Below are positions 1 through 8,789 of a stretch of DNA of 64,000 nucleotides, in pieces. A model generated the notes under the pieces. That model ran no database searches, was not told where the DNA came from, and saw only the letters and a program-made list of their open reading frames with translations. The DNA is from an uncultured Victivallales bacterium. GTDB taxonomy: Bacteria; Verrucomicrobiota; Lentisphaeria; Victivallales; UBA1829. Every line of letters begins with the position of its first letter. The first letter of the stretch is position 1. The position numbers and the translations under genes were made by a program. The DNA lies in contig CALXRL010000084.1 of the NCBI GenBank assembly GCA_944390735.1, forward strand, positions 937 through 64,936. Direction: 5' to 3'.

Positions 1-21
1 GAAATGATATGATATAGGAAA

Positions 22-115
22 CCCATGAGGGAGTAGTTTGCGTACCTCCGGTACGCGGCAAGTCAACATACCGGCCGTTCAGGTCTGGCTTGCCTTAAAA
101 AATGAGACTCATGTA
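22..115 (+). promoter_or_regulatory. yybP-ykoY family (Mn2+-sensing) riboswitch aptamer in the leader of the P-type ATPase gene
   Basis: P1 helix CAUGAG(24-29)/CUCAUG(108-113). GGAGUAG(30-36) lies directly 3' of P1. Hairpin CGUACC(41-46)/GGUACG(50-55). Helix GGCAAG(57-62)/CUUGCC(89-94) encloses UCAACAUA(63-70) plus a hairpin. GAGAC(104-108) runs into the P1 3' strand. The blocks and their order match the four-way-junction consensus as I remember it. A P-type ATPase downstream is a known context for this class. Not verified with a covariance model. Confidence 0.7.
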
Positions 116-152
116 TAACCGTCCGCGGTTGTACGGAGTCTTTTTGTTTGTT
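106..152 (+). terminator. Weak hairpin plus U-run; candidate riboswitch-controlled terminator
   Basis: GACUC(106-110) pairs with GAGUC(136-140), with a few inner pairs, followed by UUUUUGUUUGUU(141-152). The 5' arm overlaps the P1 3' strand (108-113), so the two folds exclude each other. The stem is short. Confidence 0.3.
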
Positions 153-155
153 CAG

Positions 156-188
156 GACCCGCATCCGTATGGACGCGGGTCTTTTTTT
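156..188 (+). terminator. Rho-independent terminator between the riboswitch and the ATPase start
   Basis: Stem GACCCGCAUCC(156-166)/GGACGCGGGUC(171-181) with one A/C mismatch, loop GUAU, then 7 U (182-188). It ends 19 nt before ATG 207. Confidence 0.7.
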
Positions 189-206
189 AACAACGGAGGT
201 ATCAGA

Positions 207-2858
207 ATGGAAGTGTTCATGGAGTCGCCGGAAAAGACGCTCCGCCAGTTCAATGTGGAGGAAACAACCGGTCTGAACGCATCGCGCGTGGAGGAAAACA
301 GACGAATTTACGGCACCAATGCCTTCACACGCAAAAAAGCGGATTCTCTCTGGAAACGGATCCGCGACGCCGCATGCGAACCGATGCTGATTCTGCTGAT
401 TCTTGCAGCATTGATCGCCCTGGGAGTCAACATAGCGCGCGCCTGCACAACCGGAGATTCGGATTTTCTGGAATGCGCAGGAATCTTCGCGGCGATTTTC
501 CTTTCCGTTGTCATCACGGTTGTCATGGAGGGAAGAAGCGCGAAAGCCTTCGAGGCATTGAACCGGATCAACGAGGATATGAAAGTGAAAGCGGTCCGGG
601 AGGGAGAGGTGCGGATGATCCCTCAGCGGGAAGTGGTTGTCGGTGATATTCTGTGCGTGGAAACGGGCGACCGGCTCGTTGCGGACGGGCGTCTCCTTTC
701 CTCCATGGATCTTCACGCGGATGAGTCCTCCCTGACCGGAGAGAGCGTTCCGGTCAGCAAGGAGGCGGATCTGGTTTTCGACTCCGCCGCCACCCCTCTT
801 GCGGAACGGCGCAACATGCTCTTTTCCGGAACCTTCATCACAGGGGGACATGGACGCATGATCGTCACGGCGGTCGGCGACCACACGGAATTCGGCCGGA
901 TCGCCGGGGAACTCGCCTCCACGGAAAAAAGCGAAACACCCCTTCAGGAAAAAATGGCAAGACTCGGAAAACGGATCACGCTGCTGGGCTCCTCCGCGGC
1001 CGCTCTTGTTTTCCTGATTCAGCTGATCACCTTTCTCATGAATGGAACCGCCTCTCTGGAGACCATTTCAGGAGCATTCATCACAAGCATCGTTCTGATT
1101 GTGGCGGCGGTGCCGGAAGGACTTCCGACCATTGTCGCGGTTTCGCTGGCCATCACAATCATCAAAATGTCGAAGCAGAACACACTGGTCAAAAAAATGA
1201 TCGCCTGTGAAACGATCGGCTGCATCAACGTGATCTGTTCCGACAAGACGGGAACCCTGACCGAAAACCGGATGACCGTCACGGCCGTTTATGCCGACGG
1301 CTCCCTCTTTCCGCCTGAACAGATGAAGCATCCGTTTCTGGAGAAAAATTTCTGCATCAACTCGACAGCGGAAGCATACTTTCAGGAAAACGGCAGTTCA
1401 CGTTTCATTGGAAATCCCACGGAATGCGCGCTGCTGGCAGCGGCATGGAAATGTGGAACCTCCTACCAGGAGGAACGGAAAAACGCCGAAATCGTGCATG
1501 TCTTCCCCTTCTCTTCCGAAACCAAAAACATGACGACTCTTCTGAAACAGGGAACTTCCGTGCGGGTTTATACGAAGGGAAGTCCGGAAAAAATTCTTTC
1601 CATGTGCAGCATCCCCGCGGAAGAACGCCGGAACGTGGAAACGACGATTGCAAATTTCCAGAAGAAAGCCTCCCGTGTCATTGCATTTGCGCATCGGGAC
1701 ATGGAATGCAGAGAGGATTTTTCCGCATGCAGAAAAGAGATCGAAAGCGGAATGAAATTCGATGGGTTCGTGGCGATTTCGGATCCTCTGCGTCCGGATG
1801 TGCCGGCGGCAGTGCGCCGATGCAGGGAAGCCGGGATTGATCTGAAAATTCTGACGGGAGACAACATTGTCACGGCATCGGCTATTGCATCCGAGCTTGA
1901 TCTTCTCGATGACAATCACATTGCACTGGAAGCGGGAACTCTGGAAAAGATGTCGGACCGGGAATTCGCGGAAACGCTTCCGAAAGTCCGGGTGATTGCG
2001 CGAAGCACTCCGCTGGTGAAAATGCGGGTGGTCAACACCTTGAAATCCCTTGGAAACGTGGTTGCAGTGACCGGCGACGGAATCAATGATGCGCCGGCAA
2101 TTAAAAATGCCGATGTCGGCATTGCAATGGGCGTGGCAGGAACCGAGGTCTCCAAGGAGGCCAGCGACATTGTTCTTCTTGACGATTCCTTTTCCACCAT
2201 CGTCAAAGCGGTTCAATGGGGACGGGGAATTTATGAAAATTTCCAGCGGTTCATCCAATTTCAGCTTACGGTCAATTTATCCTCGGTCGCGGTGGTTCTG
2301 GCGTCCATTCTTCTCGGATTCAAAACGCCGTTTACGGCCCTGCAGCTTTTGTGGGTGAACATCATCATGGACGGTCCGCCGGCACTGACGCTGGGACTGG
2401 AGCCGATTCGAGAAGATCTCATGAAACGGCGGCCCGTGGCGCGAAATGCCAATATCATTTCCAGACGAATGTTACGATCCATTCTCTGCAACGGTATTTT
2501 CATTGCGCTGGTTTTCCTCCTGCAGGAACGTTGGAATTTCCTGGGAGCCGAAGCAAATCAGAAAAGCACGGTGCTTTTCACACTTTTCGTCATTTTCCAG
2601 CTTTTCAACGCATTCAACAGCAGGGAACTTTCGGCAACGAGCATTTTCCGGAATCTCGGAAAGAATCATCTTATGCTTTCGGTCTTTGCTCTGACGTTTG
2701 CTCTGCAGGTTGTCATTACGCAGTGGGGAGGAGCGTTTTTCAATACAACGCCTCTTCCCCTGATTCTCTGGCTGCGGATTCTGGCAACCGGTTTTACAGT
2801 CATTTTATTCGCCGAGTTGTTGAAACTGCTTGAAACTGTATTCCGCAAACGTTCTTGA
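207..2858 (+). CDS. P2-type (Ca2+/Mn2+-transporting) P-type ATPase
   Basis: Start placed at ATG 207 (GGAGG at 195-199), because 102-206 is occupied by the riboswitch and terminators. Motifs: TGES (SSLTGES), phosphorylation site CSDKTGTLT, M4 PEGLP (Ca-pump type), hinge GDGINDAPA, and about 10 TM segments. Confidence 0.9.
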   Translation: MEVFMESPEKTLRQFNVEETTGLNASRVEENRRIYGTNAFTRKKADSLWKRIRDAACEPMLILLILAALIALGVNIARACTTGDSDFLECAGIFAAIFLSVVITVVMEGRSAKAFEALNRINEDMKVKAVREGEVRMIPQREVVVGDILCVETGDRLVADGRLLSSMDLHADESSLTGESVPVSKEADLVFDSAATPLAERRNMLFSGTFITGGHGRMIVTAVGDHTEFGRIAGELASTEKSETPLQEKMARLGKRITLLGSSAAALVFLIQLITFLMNGTASLETISGAFITSIVLIVAAVPEGLPTIVAVSLAITIIKMSKQNTLVKKMIACETIGCINVICSDKTGTLTENRMTVTAVYADGSLFPPEQMKHPFLEKNFCINSTAEAYFQENGSSRFIGNPTECALLAAAWKCGTSYQEERKNAEIVHVFPFSSETKNMTTLLKQGTSVRVYTKGSPEKILSMCSIPAEERRNVETTIANFQKKASRVIAFAHRDMECREDFSACRKEIESGMKFDGFVAISDPLRPDVPAAVRRCREAGIDLKILTGDNIVTASAIASELDLLDDNHIALEAGTLEKMSDREFAETLPKVRVIARSTPLVKMRVVNTLKSLGNVVAVTGDGINDAPAIKNADVGIAMGVAGTEVSKEASDIVLLDDSFSTIVKAVQWGRGIYENFQRFIQFQLTVNLSSVAVVLASILLGFKTPFTALQLLWVNIIMDGPPALTLGLEPIREDLMKRRPVARNANIISRRMLRSILCNGIFIALVFLLQERWNFLGAEANQKSTVLFTLFVIFQLFNAFNSRELSATSIFRNLGKNHLMLSVFALTFALQVVITQWGGAFFNTTPLPLILWLRILATGFTVILFAELLKLLETVFRKRS

Positions 2859-2862
2859 AATA

Positions 2863-3108
2863 CGGAAAAATGCGCCGGCATTTTTCTCGGGTCAAGGACT
2901 TCGTCCTTGTCGCGATCCAGCGGCGAGACGCTGGTCGTGCATAGCACGAAATCTTTATAAAAAAGCGAGAGAAGAAAACCGCTTTGAAAAGCGGTTCTTC
3001 TCCCCTCGCGCTCCCCTCTTTCCCCAAACTTCTGACGCCTTTTGCGTTACACGCAAAGGCTCCCGCTTCCCAGATCCTACTCGGAAGGTGAGAGAGAATA
3101 CTCCAAGG
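2863..3108 (+). repeat. Multi-hairpin intergenic repeat, unit A1 (full ~246-nt unit)
   Basis: Starts 5 nt after the ATPase stop. It is a chain of stem-loops: GAAAAAUGC/GCAUUUUUC, CAAGGAC/GUCCUUG, CCAGCG/CGCUGG, CGUGC/GCACG, GAGAAGAA..CCGCUU/AAGCGG..UUCUUCUC, GCCUUUUGCG/CGCAAAGGC. Repeated head-to-tail at 3109 and in inverted orientation at 25016-25416. Confidence 0.85.
2865..2886 (+). terminator. First hairpin of repeat unit A1; bidirectional-terminator-like (A-run, stem, U-run)
   Basis: GAAAAAUGC(2865-2873), loop GCCG, GCAUUUUUC(2878-2886). It lies 7 nt after the ATPase stop codon. The same module opens every repeat unit. Confidence 0.35.
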
Positions 3109-3310
3109 CGGAAAAATGCGTCAGCATTTTTCTCGGGTCAAGGACGGATGTCCTTGTCGCGGTCCAGCGGCGAAACGCTGGTCGTGCGAAGCACGAAATC
3201 CTTTTTCTTTTTGCGAGAGAAGAAAACCGCTTTGAAAAGCGGTTCTTCTCCCCTCGCGCTCCTCTCTTTCCCCAAACTTCTGACGCCTTTTGCGTTATAC
3301 GCAAAGGCTC
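3109..3310 (+). repeat. Multi-hairpin intergenic repeat, unit A2 (lacks the ~40-nt linker module)
   Basis: Aligns base-for-base with A1 from CGGAAAAAUGCG to CGCAAAGGCUC. Differences are concentrated in hairpin loops and in one A/U-rich linker. Confidence 0.85.
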
Positions 3311-3358
3311 TCTTCGTTAAATTTTGATAAGGTTTTTCATAAAAGGAGATGAGCAGGG

Positions 3359-3387
3359 TTGAATTTGAAGGGCTTCAGCTTTATATT
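3359..3387 (+). promoter_or_regulatory. Candidate sigma70-type promoter of the ROK-ppx-ppk operon
   Basis: TTGAAT(3359-3364), 17-nt spacer, TATATT(3382-3387), about 60 nt upstream of ATG 3446. Confidence 0.35.
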
Positions 3388-3445
3388 TTACGGAACGGCG
3401 AAAGTCGTTTTTCAGAACTAGAATATTTAAATCGCGGAGGATACC

Positions 3446-4423
3446 ATGTCTGACAATCTTGCACTCGGAATCGACCTGGGCGGCTCAAAAATTTATGCGG
3501 TTGTAACCGATGCCGACAATAAAGTCATCGCGGATGCAAAAACCCCGACAAATCCCTCCGCGGGCCCGGAACAGACAGCCAATGCAATGAAGGAAACAGC
3601 TCTGGCGGCGCTTTCAAAATTGCAATTGAATCTGTCGGACATCACCTATTTCGGCGCAGCAATCCCCTCTCCGGTGGATCCATTGACCGGAGATTGCCTT
3701 TACGCAGTGAATCTCGGCTGGAAAAAGGTTTCCATGCTCGGGATCATGAAAAAAACATTTGGTCGCGACTTCAAGCTCGGAAACGACGGAAATCTGGGAC
3801 AGCTTGGAGAACATTTCTGCGGCGCGGCAAAAGAGTTTCATTCGTCCGTCGGTTTTTTCATCGGGACCGGTCTCGGCGGAGGAATTGTCATTGAAGATCG
3901 TCTCCTGACCGGAAATCAGGGTCTGGCCGGCGAACTCGGCCATACCATCATCCGCGTGGGAGGAAGACGATGCGGATGCGGAAGACGCGGATGCGTCGAA
4001 GCCTACTGCAGCAAAAAAGCATTTGTCAAAGCGCTGAAAAAAGAGGTGTTCAAACGCGGAGCCACCACTCTCCTGCCAATCGAAAAATTCAATCCCGAGA
4101 CGAAAAATATCAAAAGCAAATATCTCGCCCGTGCCTATAACGAGGATGATCCCTCCGTCCGGAAAGTGGTGGACAAGGGTCTGCGGATGCTCGGAATCGC
4201 CGCTGCTTCCACCGTTGCCACCGTTGCACCGCAGTGCGTCGTTCTCGGAGGCGGTTTTGTGGAGGCAATGGGGGAACAGGTCATTATTCCATTCAAATCC
4301 TCGTTCAATCGCCATCTGTTCGGCATATCCCAGAATGATATCGAGGTCCGGATCTCAATGCTCGGCGACCACGCGGTCGCGGTTGGAGCAACCATCCTGG
4401 CAAGGGGAACCGACCGGAAATGA
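3446..4423 (+). CDS. ROK-family sugar kinase (glucokinase-like; no HTH domain)
   Basis: N-terminal ATP-binding GIDLGGSK. ROK zinc motif CGCGRRGCVEAY. 325 aa with no N-terminal DNA-binding domain. GGAGG at 3436-3440. Confidence 0.85.
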   Translation: MSDNLALGIDLGGSKIYAVVTDADNKVIADAKTPTNPSAGPEQTANAMKETALAALSKLQLNLSDITYFGAAIPSPVDPLTGDCLYAVNLGWKKVSMLGIMKKTFGRDFKLGNDGNLGQLGEHFCGAAKEFHSSVGFFIGTGLGGGIVIEDRLLTGNQGLAGELGHTIIRVGGRRCGCGRRGCVEAYCSKKAFVKALKKEVFKRGATTLLPIEKFNPETKNIKSKYLARAYNEDDPSVRKVVDKGLRMLGIAAASTVATVAPQCVVLGGGFVEAMGEQVIIPFKSSFNRHLFGISQNDIEVRISMLGDHAVAVGATILARGTDRK

Positions 4424-5928
4424 AACAGCTTCTCGCCTCCATCGACATCGGAGCCCATTCCGCCCGTCTCCTAATTGTCGAAATTGACAAACGCAGCGGC
4501 ACCTATGAAGCACTGGAGGATCTGGAAATTCCGGTTCCCCTGGGCGCCGACGTTTTCAAAACCGGACGCATCAGCGATCATTCCGTGCGAATGCTTTGCG
4601 AAATCATGAAGAAATTCAAAATGAAACTTCATGAATACAGGATCAAGACCTATAAAGCAATCGCCACAAGCGCGGTCCGGGAGGCTCTCAATGCCGACGT
4701 TTTCATTGAACGAATCAAATTTCTTGCGGGAATTGATATTCAGATCTTCACGGGAGTGGATGAAGCCCGTCTCGGCTACCTGGCGGTTCAATCGGTCATT
4801 CCGCCGAATTTCGGTTTCAACGACAAGCATCTTCTTCTTGCCGATATCGGTACCGGAGCCTGTCAGGTCAGTGTTTACGATCACGGGATCATGCGTTTCA
4901 CGGAAACGGTAAAACTCGGCACTCTGCGCGCAATCGAACTTCTTTCGGACACCTCCTCCCCGGCGGCCCGAATGGAACTTCTGGAACCGGTGATCGACTA
5001 CGCATTCGGAGAACTCGAATATCTCTCCAAGAAACTGGAGTGCGACGCCCTGATCGTCACAGGCGCCTCCTCCCGCGCAATGCTTTCCATGCAGAACAGA
5101 CAGAGAATCAAACGGGGAGTCATCGAACTGACTACGGAGGAGTTCCGGAAACTGCGCGACATGGCGGAACACCGTACCGTCGACGCACTCGGGCGGGAAT
5201 TCAATATCAAACCCGATCTGGCGGAGGCGGTCCTGCCCTGCTGCATGATGATCTCCAACCTCCTGAAACTGACGAAAGCCAAAATCATCTATGCTCCCAC
5301 GATCTCCACAAAATATGCCCTGACCGAGGATTTCATCAACGACATCATCGCGGGAACCGATCCCTTTGAACCGCAGATCTTCGGAATGGCTTCCCAGACC
5401 GCGGAACGGTACGGAGGCGATATGCGTCTGATCGCCTCCACCGCGATTCTGGCGGAAAAACTTTTTGAAAAACTCCAGCCGATTCACGGAATGGGCCATC
5501 GCGAGCTGGTCATGCTGAAAGTTGCCTCGCTGCTCTACAAGACAGGTCTTTTCATCAACAATCAGGCCTATCACAAGCACAGCTACTACATCATTCTGAA
5601 TACGGAGCTGCCCGGCATCACGCTGGAAGAACGGCGCATCATTGCAATGATTGCCCGTTATCACCGGAAATCCATTCCGAAACAGCAGCATCCGGATTAC
5701 ATGGCGCTTCCGCCGGATACCCGGGCGATCATCAACAAACTGGCGGCGATTCTGCGTCTTGCCTGCGGTCTTGCGCTTGCATGCAAACCGGATGAGCGCA
5801 TGAGTGTCAAAATCACGCCGAATCTGGTAACCGTCAACATCGGCGGAGCGGCCCACTCGGCACCGCTCGACTATATCGACACAGATATGTTCAATTATGC
5901 GTTTGCCTCCAAAATCATCTTTGTCTGA
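4420..5928 (+). CDS. ppx: Exopolyphosphatase / Ppx-GppA family phosphatase
   Basis: N-terminal actin-fold start SIDIGAHSARLLI. C-terminal HD-like region (HKHSYYII, ARYHRK). ATG 4420 overlaps the ROK stop (ATGA). Confidence 0.85.
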   Translation: MKQLLASIDIGAHSARLLIVEIDKRSGTYEALEDLEIPVPLGADVFKTGRISDHSVRMLCEIMKKFKMKLHEYRIKTYKAIATSAVREALNADVFIERIKFLAGIDIQIFTGVDEARLGYLAVQSVIPPNFGFNDKHLLLADIGTGACQVSVYDHGIMRFTETVKLGTLRAIELLSDTSSPAARMELLEPVIDYAFGELEYLSKKLECDALIVTGASSRAMLSMQNRQRIKRGVIELTTEEFRKLRDMAEHRTVDALGREFNIKPDLAEAVLPCCMMISNLLKLTKAKIIYAPTISTKYALTEDFINDIIAGTDPFEPQIFGMASQTAERYGGDMRLIASTAILAEKLFEKLQPIHGMGHRELVMLKVASLLYKTGLFINNQAYHKHSYYIILNTELPGITLEERRIIAMIARYHRKSIPKQQHPDYMALPPDTRAIINKLAAILRLACGLALACKPDERMSVKITPNLVTVNIGGAAHSAPLDYIDTDMFNYAFASKIIFV

Positions 5929-5947
5929 AAGGGGGAAAGGAATTCAA

Positions 5948-8092
5948 ATGGCAGAAAAGGAAAAAGAACGCTACATCAACCGCGATATCAGCTGGCTGGA
6001 ATTCAATGCAAGAGTTCTGGGAGAAGCGGCCGACCGGGAAAATCCGCTGCTGGAACGTCTGAAATTCATCGCCATTTTCAGCAGCAATCTGGACGAGTTC
6101 TATATGGTGCGCATGGCCGGCGTCACCCAGCAGCTGGAACTCGGATACAAGCATGTTTACGGCGACAGCGGCTATGTTCCGGCGGAACTGAGACAGCAGC
6201 TCGACACCCGCATCCGCACGCTGGTTGCCCGTCAGTACCGCTATCTGTACCGGGAGATTCTTCCCGAACTGCAGAAAAACGGAATCTCCCTTCTCACCTG
6301 GAAATCCATTTCGAGATCGAAGAGGGAGGAACTTCGCAAGATGTTCATTGCCAACTATCTTCCGATTCTGACGCCGATCGGGATCGACAGTTCGCATCCG
6401 TTTCCGATCGTTCCGAATCTCGGACTGGAACTTCTAGTCCGTCTGACCAGGGAGGAGGATCCGCGCGAGCGCTTCGCGGTGCTGGAAGTTCCTTCCATCA
6501 TGCCGCGTTTTATCGAAGTGGAAGGATTTGAACACAAGGCCTCCTTCCTCACCAGCGAGGAACTGATTGCCAACAATCTTGATCTTCTGTTCAACAAATG
6601 CACCATTCTGGAGTGTTCCGCGTTCCGGATCACACGCGATATGGATTTTTCCATCGACGAGGAATCCATCGCGGATCTTCTGACGGAAATGCAGATTGCC
6701 CTGCAGAAAAAGGCGCAGCGGAAAGTTGTCCGTCTGGAAATTTCCTCTCTGATGTCCCAGAAATCCCGGAAATGGCTGGCGGAAATGCTTCATACTCCGC
6801 AGGAATACATTTTCTCGATCGGAGGAATTCTGAATCTGAAGGATCTGTTCCGTCTGGCTGGTCTCCGGAACTTTCCGGAGCTGGTGGACAAGCCTCTTCC
6901 CCCCCTCCCCTCGGTCAACGCGCCGAAAGGAGAAAGTATGTTTTCCCTCATTCGGGCAAAAGGGAATTTTCTGGTGCACCATCCTTACGAATCGTTCAAT
7001 CCGGTCATCCGTTTTCTTGACGAGGCGGCTTCGGACCCGGACGTTCTGGCGATCAAGCAGACTCTCTACCGTGTCAGCGGGAACTCTCCGGTGGTCAAAG
7101 CGCTGATCCGTGCGGCAAGGAACGGGAAACAGGTCTCCGTCCTGGTCGAAATCAAAGCGCGGTTCGATGAGGAAAACAACATCAACTGGGCCATGGAACT
7201 GGCCAATGCCGGAGCTCATGTGGTCTACGGCATTGCGGGACTCAAAGTCCACTGCAAGGCCCTCCTTGTCGTGCGAAGGGAGGAGGACGGCATCCATCGC
7301 TATATGCACCTTGGAACCGGAAACTACAACGATAAAACGGCTCAGCTCTATACGGACCTCGGACTCTTCACCGACGACAAATCTCTCGGAAGCGACGTTT
7401 CCGCCCTGTTCAACGTCATCACCGGCTTCTCCAGTCCCCCGGACTGGAACAAACTTCTGGTGGCCCCCTTCAACATCAAGGAGAAGCTGATCTATTACAT
7501 CGACCGGGAGGCGGAACTTTCCACCGCTCAGAATCCGGGCGAAATCACAATGAAGGTCAACTCACTCATCGACTATGAGATCATTGATCATCTTTACAGC
7601 GCGGCGGAAAAACATGTGAAAATCAATCTGATTGTCCGGGGAATCTGCGGAATCAATCCATACTGTCTTGCGAAACAGTATGCGAAAAACATCACGGTAA
7701 TCAGCATTCTGGACCGTTTTCTGGAGCATGCCCGCATCTACCGGTTTGCAAACAACGGCGATCCGTTCTACTACATCGGAAGCGCCGACATGATGCCGCG
7801 AAACATCCGGCGCCGCATCGAAGTTCTTCTTCCCATCGAAAATGAAACCCTTCGGCGGGAGCTGGATTTCATTCTGGAATGCGGGATGAACGACAAACGA
7901 AAAGGGCGCCGTCTGATCGGGGCCAACCGCTACTCCCGTCCTGTGATCTCTCCGGAAACGGAAGGAACCCGCAGTCAGTACCGGCTTTACGAATATTACA
8001 AGAACCGGTTTGAAAAACAGCAGGAACTCCTCGAAAAAAACGAATCGCTGACCATTTTCAATTCACCAAATAACAAGGAAGACCATGAGTAA
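5948..8092 (+). CDS. ppk: Polyphosphate kinase 1
   Basis: Start at ATG 5948 (purine-rich GGGGGAAAGG at 5931-5940). N-terminal YINRDISWLEFNARVL and SSNLDEFYMVR. HLGTGNYN motif. 714 aa, typical PPK1 length. Confidence 0.9.
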   Translation: MAEKEKERYINRDISWLEFNARVLGEAADRENPLLERLKFIAIFSSNLDEFYMVRMAGVTQQLELGYKHVYGDSGYVPAELRQQLDTRIRTLVARQYRYLYREILPELQKNGISLLTWKSISRSKREELRKMFIANYLPILTPIGIDSSHPFPIVPNLGLELLVRLTREEDPRERFAVLEVPSIMPRFIEVEGFEHKASFLTSEELIANNLDLLFNKCTILECSAFRITRDMDFSIDEESIADLLTEMQIALQKKAQRKVVRLEISSLMSQKSRKWLAEMLHTPQEYIFSIGGILNLKDLFRLAGLRNFPELVDKPLPPLPSVNAPKGESMFSLIRAKGNFLVHHPYESFNPVIRFLDEAASDPDVLAIKQTLYRVSGNSPVVKALIRAARNGKQVSVLVEIKARFDEENNINWAMELANAGAHVVYGIAGLKVHCKALLVVRREEDGIHRYMHLGTGNYNDKTAQLYTDLGLFTDDKSLGSDVSALFNVITGFSSPPDWNKLLVAPFNIKEKLIYYIDREAELSTAQNPGEITMKVNSLIDYEIIDHLYSAAEKHVKINLIVRGICGINPYCLAKQYAKNITVISILDRFLEHARIYRFANNGDPFYYIGSADMMPRNIRRRIEVLLPIENETLRRELDFILECGMNDKRKGRRLIGANRYSRPVISPETEGTRSQYRLYEYYKNRFEKQQELLEKNESLTIFNSPNNKEDHE

Positions 8093-8771
8093 TACAAAGA
8101 AAGCAGTCGTCCTTCTCAGCGGCGGACTCGATTCCGCCACCTGTCTTGCCATCGCAAAAAAGGAAGGGTTTGAACTTCATTCCCTCACATTCGACTACGG
8201 CCAGCGCCATGATGTGGAACTTCAGTGCGCCAAAAGGATCGCGGAATCATGCGGAGTGGAAAAGCACCATCTGATTTCGTTCAATCTCCGGGAATGGGGA
8301 GGCTCCGCCCTCACCTCCGACAAAATTGACGTTCCCGCTCCCGGCGGTTCCGGAGTGCCCGTCACCTATGTTCCGGCCAGAAACACCATTTTTCTATCCT
8401 TTGCCGCTGCGCTGGCGGAAACCATCGGGGCAAGGGATCTTTTTATCGGCGTCAACAGTCTGGATTACTCCGGATATCCGGACTGCCGTCCGGCATTCAT
8501 CAAAGCCTTCGAACTTGCGGCGACGCTTGGAACCAAGGCAATTGATGAAAACTGGACATTCCGGGTCAATGCTCCGCTTCAATATCTGAAAAAAACGGAA
8601 ATCATCCGTCTCGGACTCTCTCTTGGTGTGGACTACTCCCTGACCCACAGCTGCTACAATCCGGGACCCGACGGACGGCCCTGTTTGAAATGCGACAGCT
8701 GTTACCTTCGTCAAAAAGCCTTTGAAGAACTCGGTATGACGGATCCTCAACTCAAAAATTTTCAGAAATGA
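8085..8771 (+). CDS. queC: 7-cyano-7-deazaguanine synthase
   Basis: PP-loop VVLLSGGLDS, FDYGQRH, and a C-terminal Zn cysteine cluster (CYNPG...CLKCDSC). Overlaps the ppk stop by 8 nt. Confidence 0.9.
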   Translation: MSNTKKAVVLLSGGLDSATCLAIAKKEGFELHSLTFDYGQRHDVELQCAKRIAESCGVEKHHLISFNLREWGGSALTSDKIDVPAPGGSGVPVTYVPARNTIFLSFAAALAETIGARDLFIGVNSLDYSGYPDCRPAFIKAFELAATLGTKAIDENWTFRVNAPLQYLKKTEIIRLGLSLGVDYSLTHSCYNPGPDGRPCLKCDSCYLRQKAFEELGMTDPQLKNFQK

Positions 8772-8789
8772 CGGATCACAACCCTGAAA

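Noticed and set aside
102-206. N-terminal extensions offered by the ORF track. Examples: 102 for the ATPase, 5897 ppk, 13408 uppS, 14184 cdsA, 37323 upp, 45714 rnfC, 48203 rnfG, 44155 rnfA, 35514 glgC, 49807 GH29, 54136 giant protein.
   Set aside because: The extensions overlap upstream genes or regulatory RNA. They lack an RBS and add non-homologous residues before well-known family N-termini. Internal ATGs with an RBS or ATGA/TAATG coupling were preferred.
2863-3310. Possibility that the tandem repeats are a CRISPR array.
   Set aside because: The units are ~246 nt, directly abutting, with no unique spacers, and there are no cas genes in the window.
2830-3327. ORFs running through the multi-hairpin repeats (2830-3327, 3042-3320; the 5' end of 23832-25235 on the other locus).
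   Set aside because: I compared the shared frame between loci A and B. It shows about 6 nonsynonymous versus about 3 synonymous differences in 25 codons. It has a TTG start inside a hairpin and no RBS, so there is no sign of purifying selection on a peptide.
3349-3423. 24-codon ORF (MSRVEFEGLQLYILRNGESRFSEL) upstream of the ROK gene.
   Set aside because: The AAGGAG directly abuts the ATG with zero spacing, and the ORF overlaps the predicted promoter. There is no supporting evidence.
8040-8085. Looked for a preQ1 riboswitch ahead of queC.
   Set aside because: queC overlaps the ppk coding sequence, so there is no leader that could hold an aptamer.
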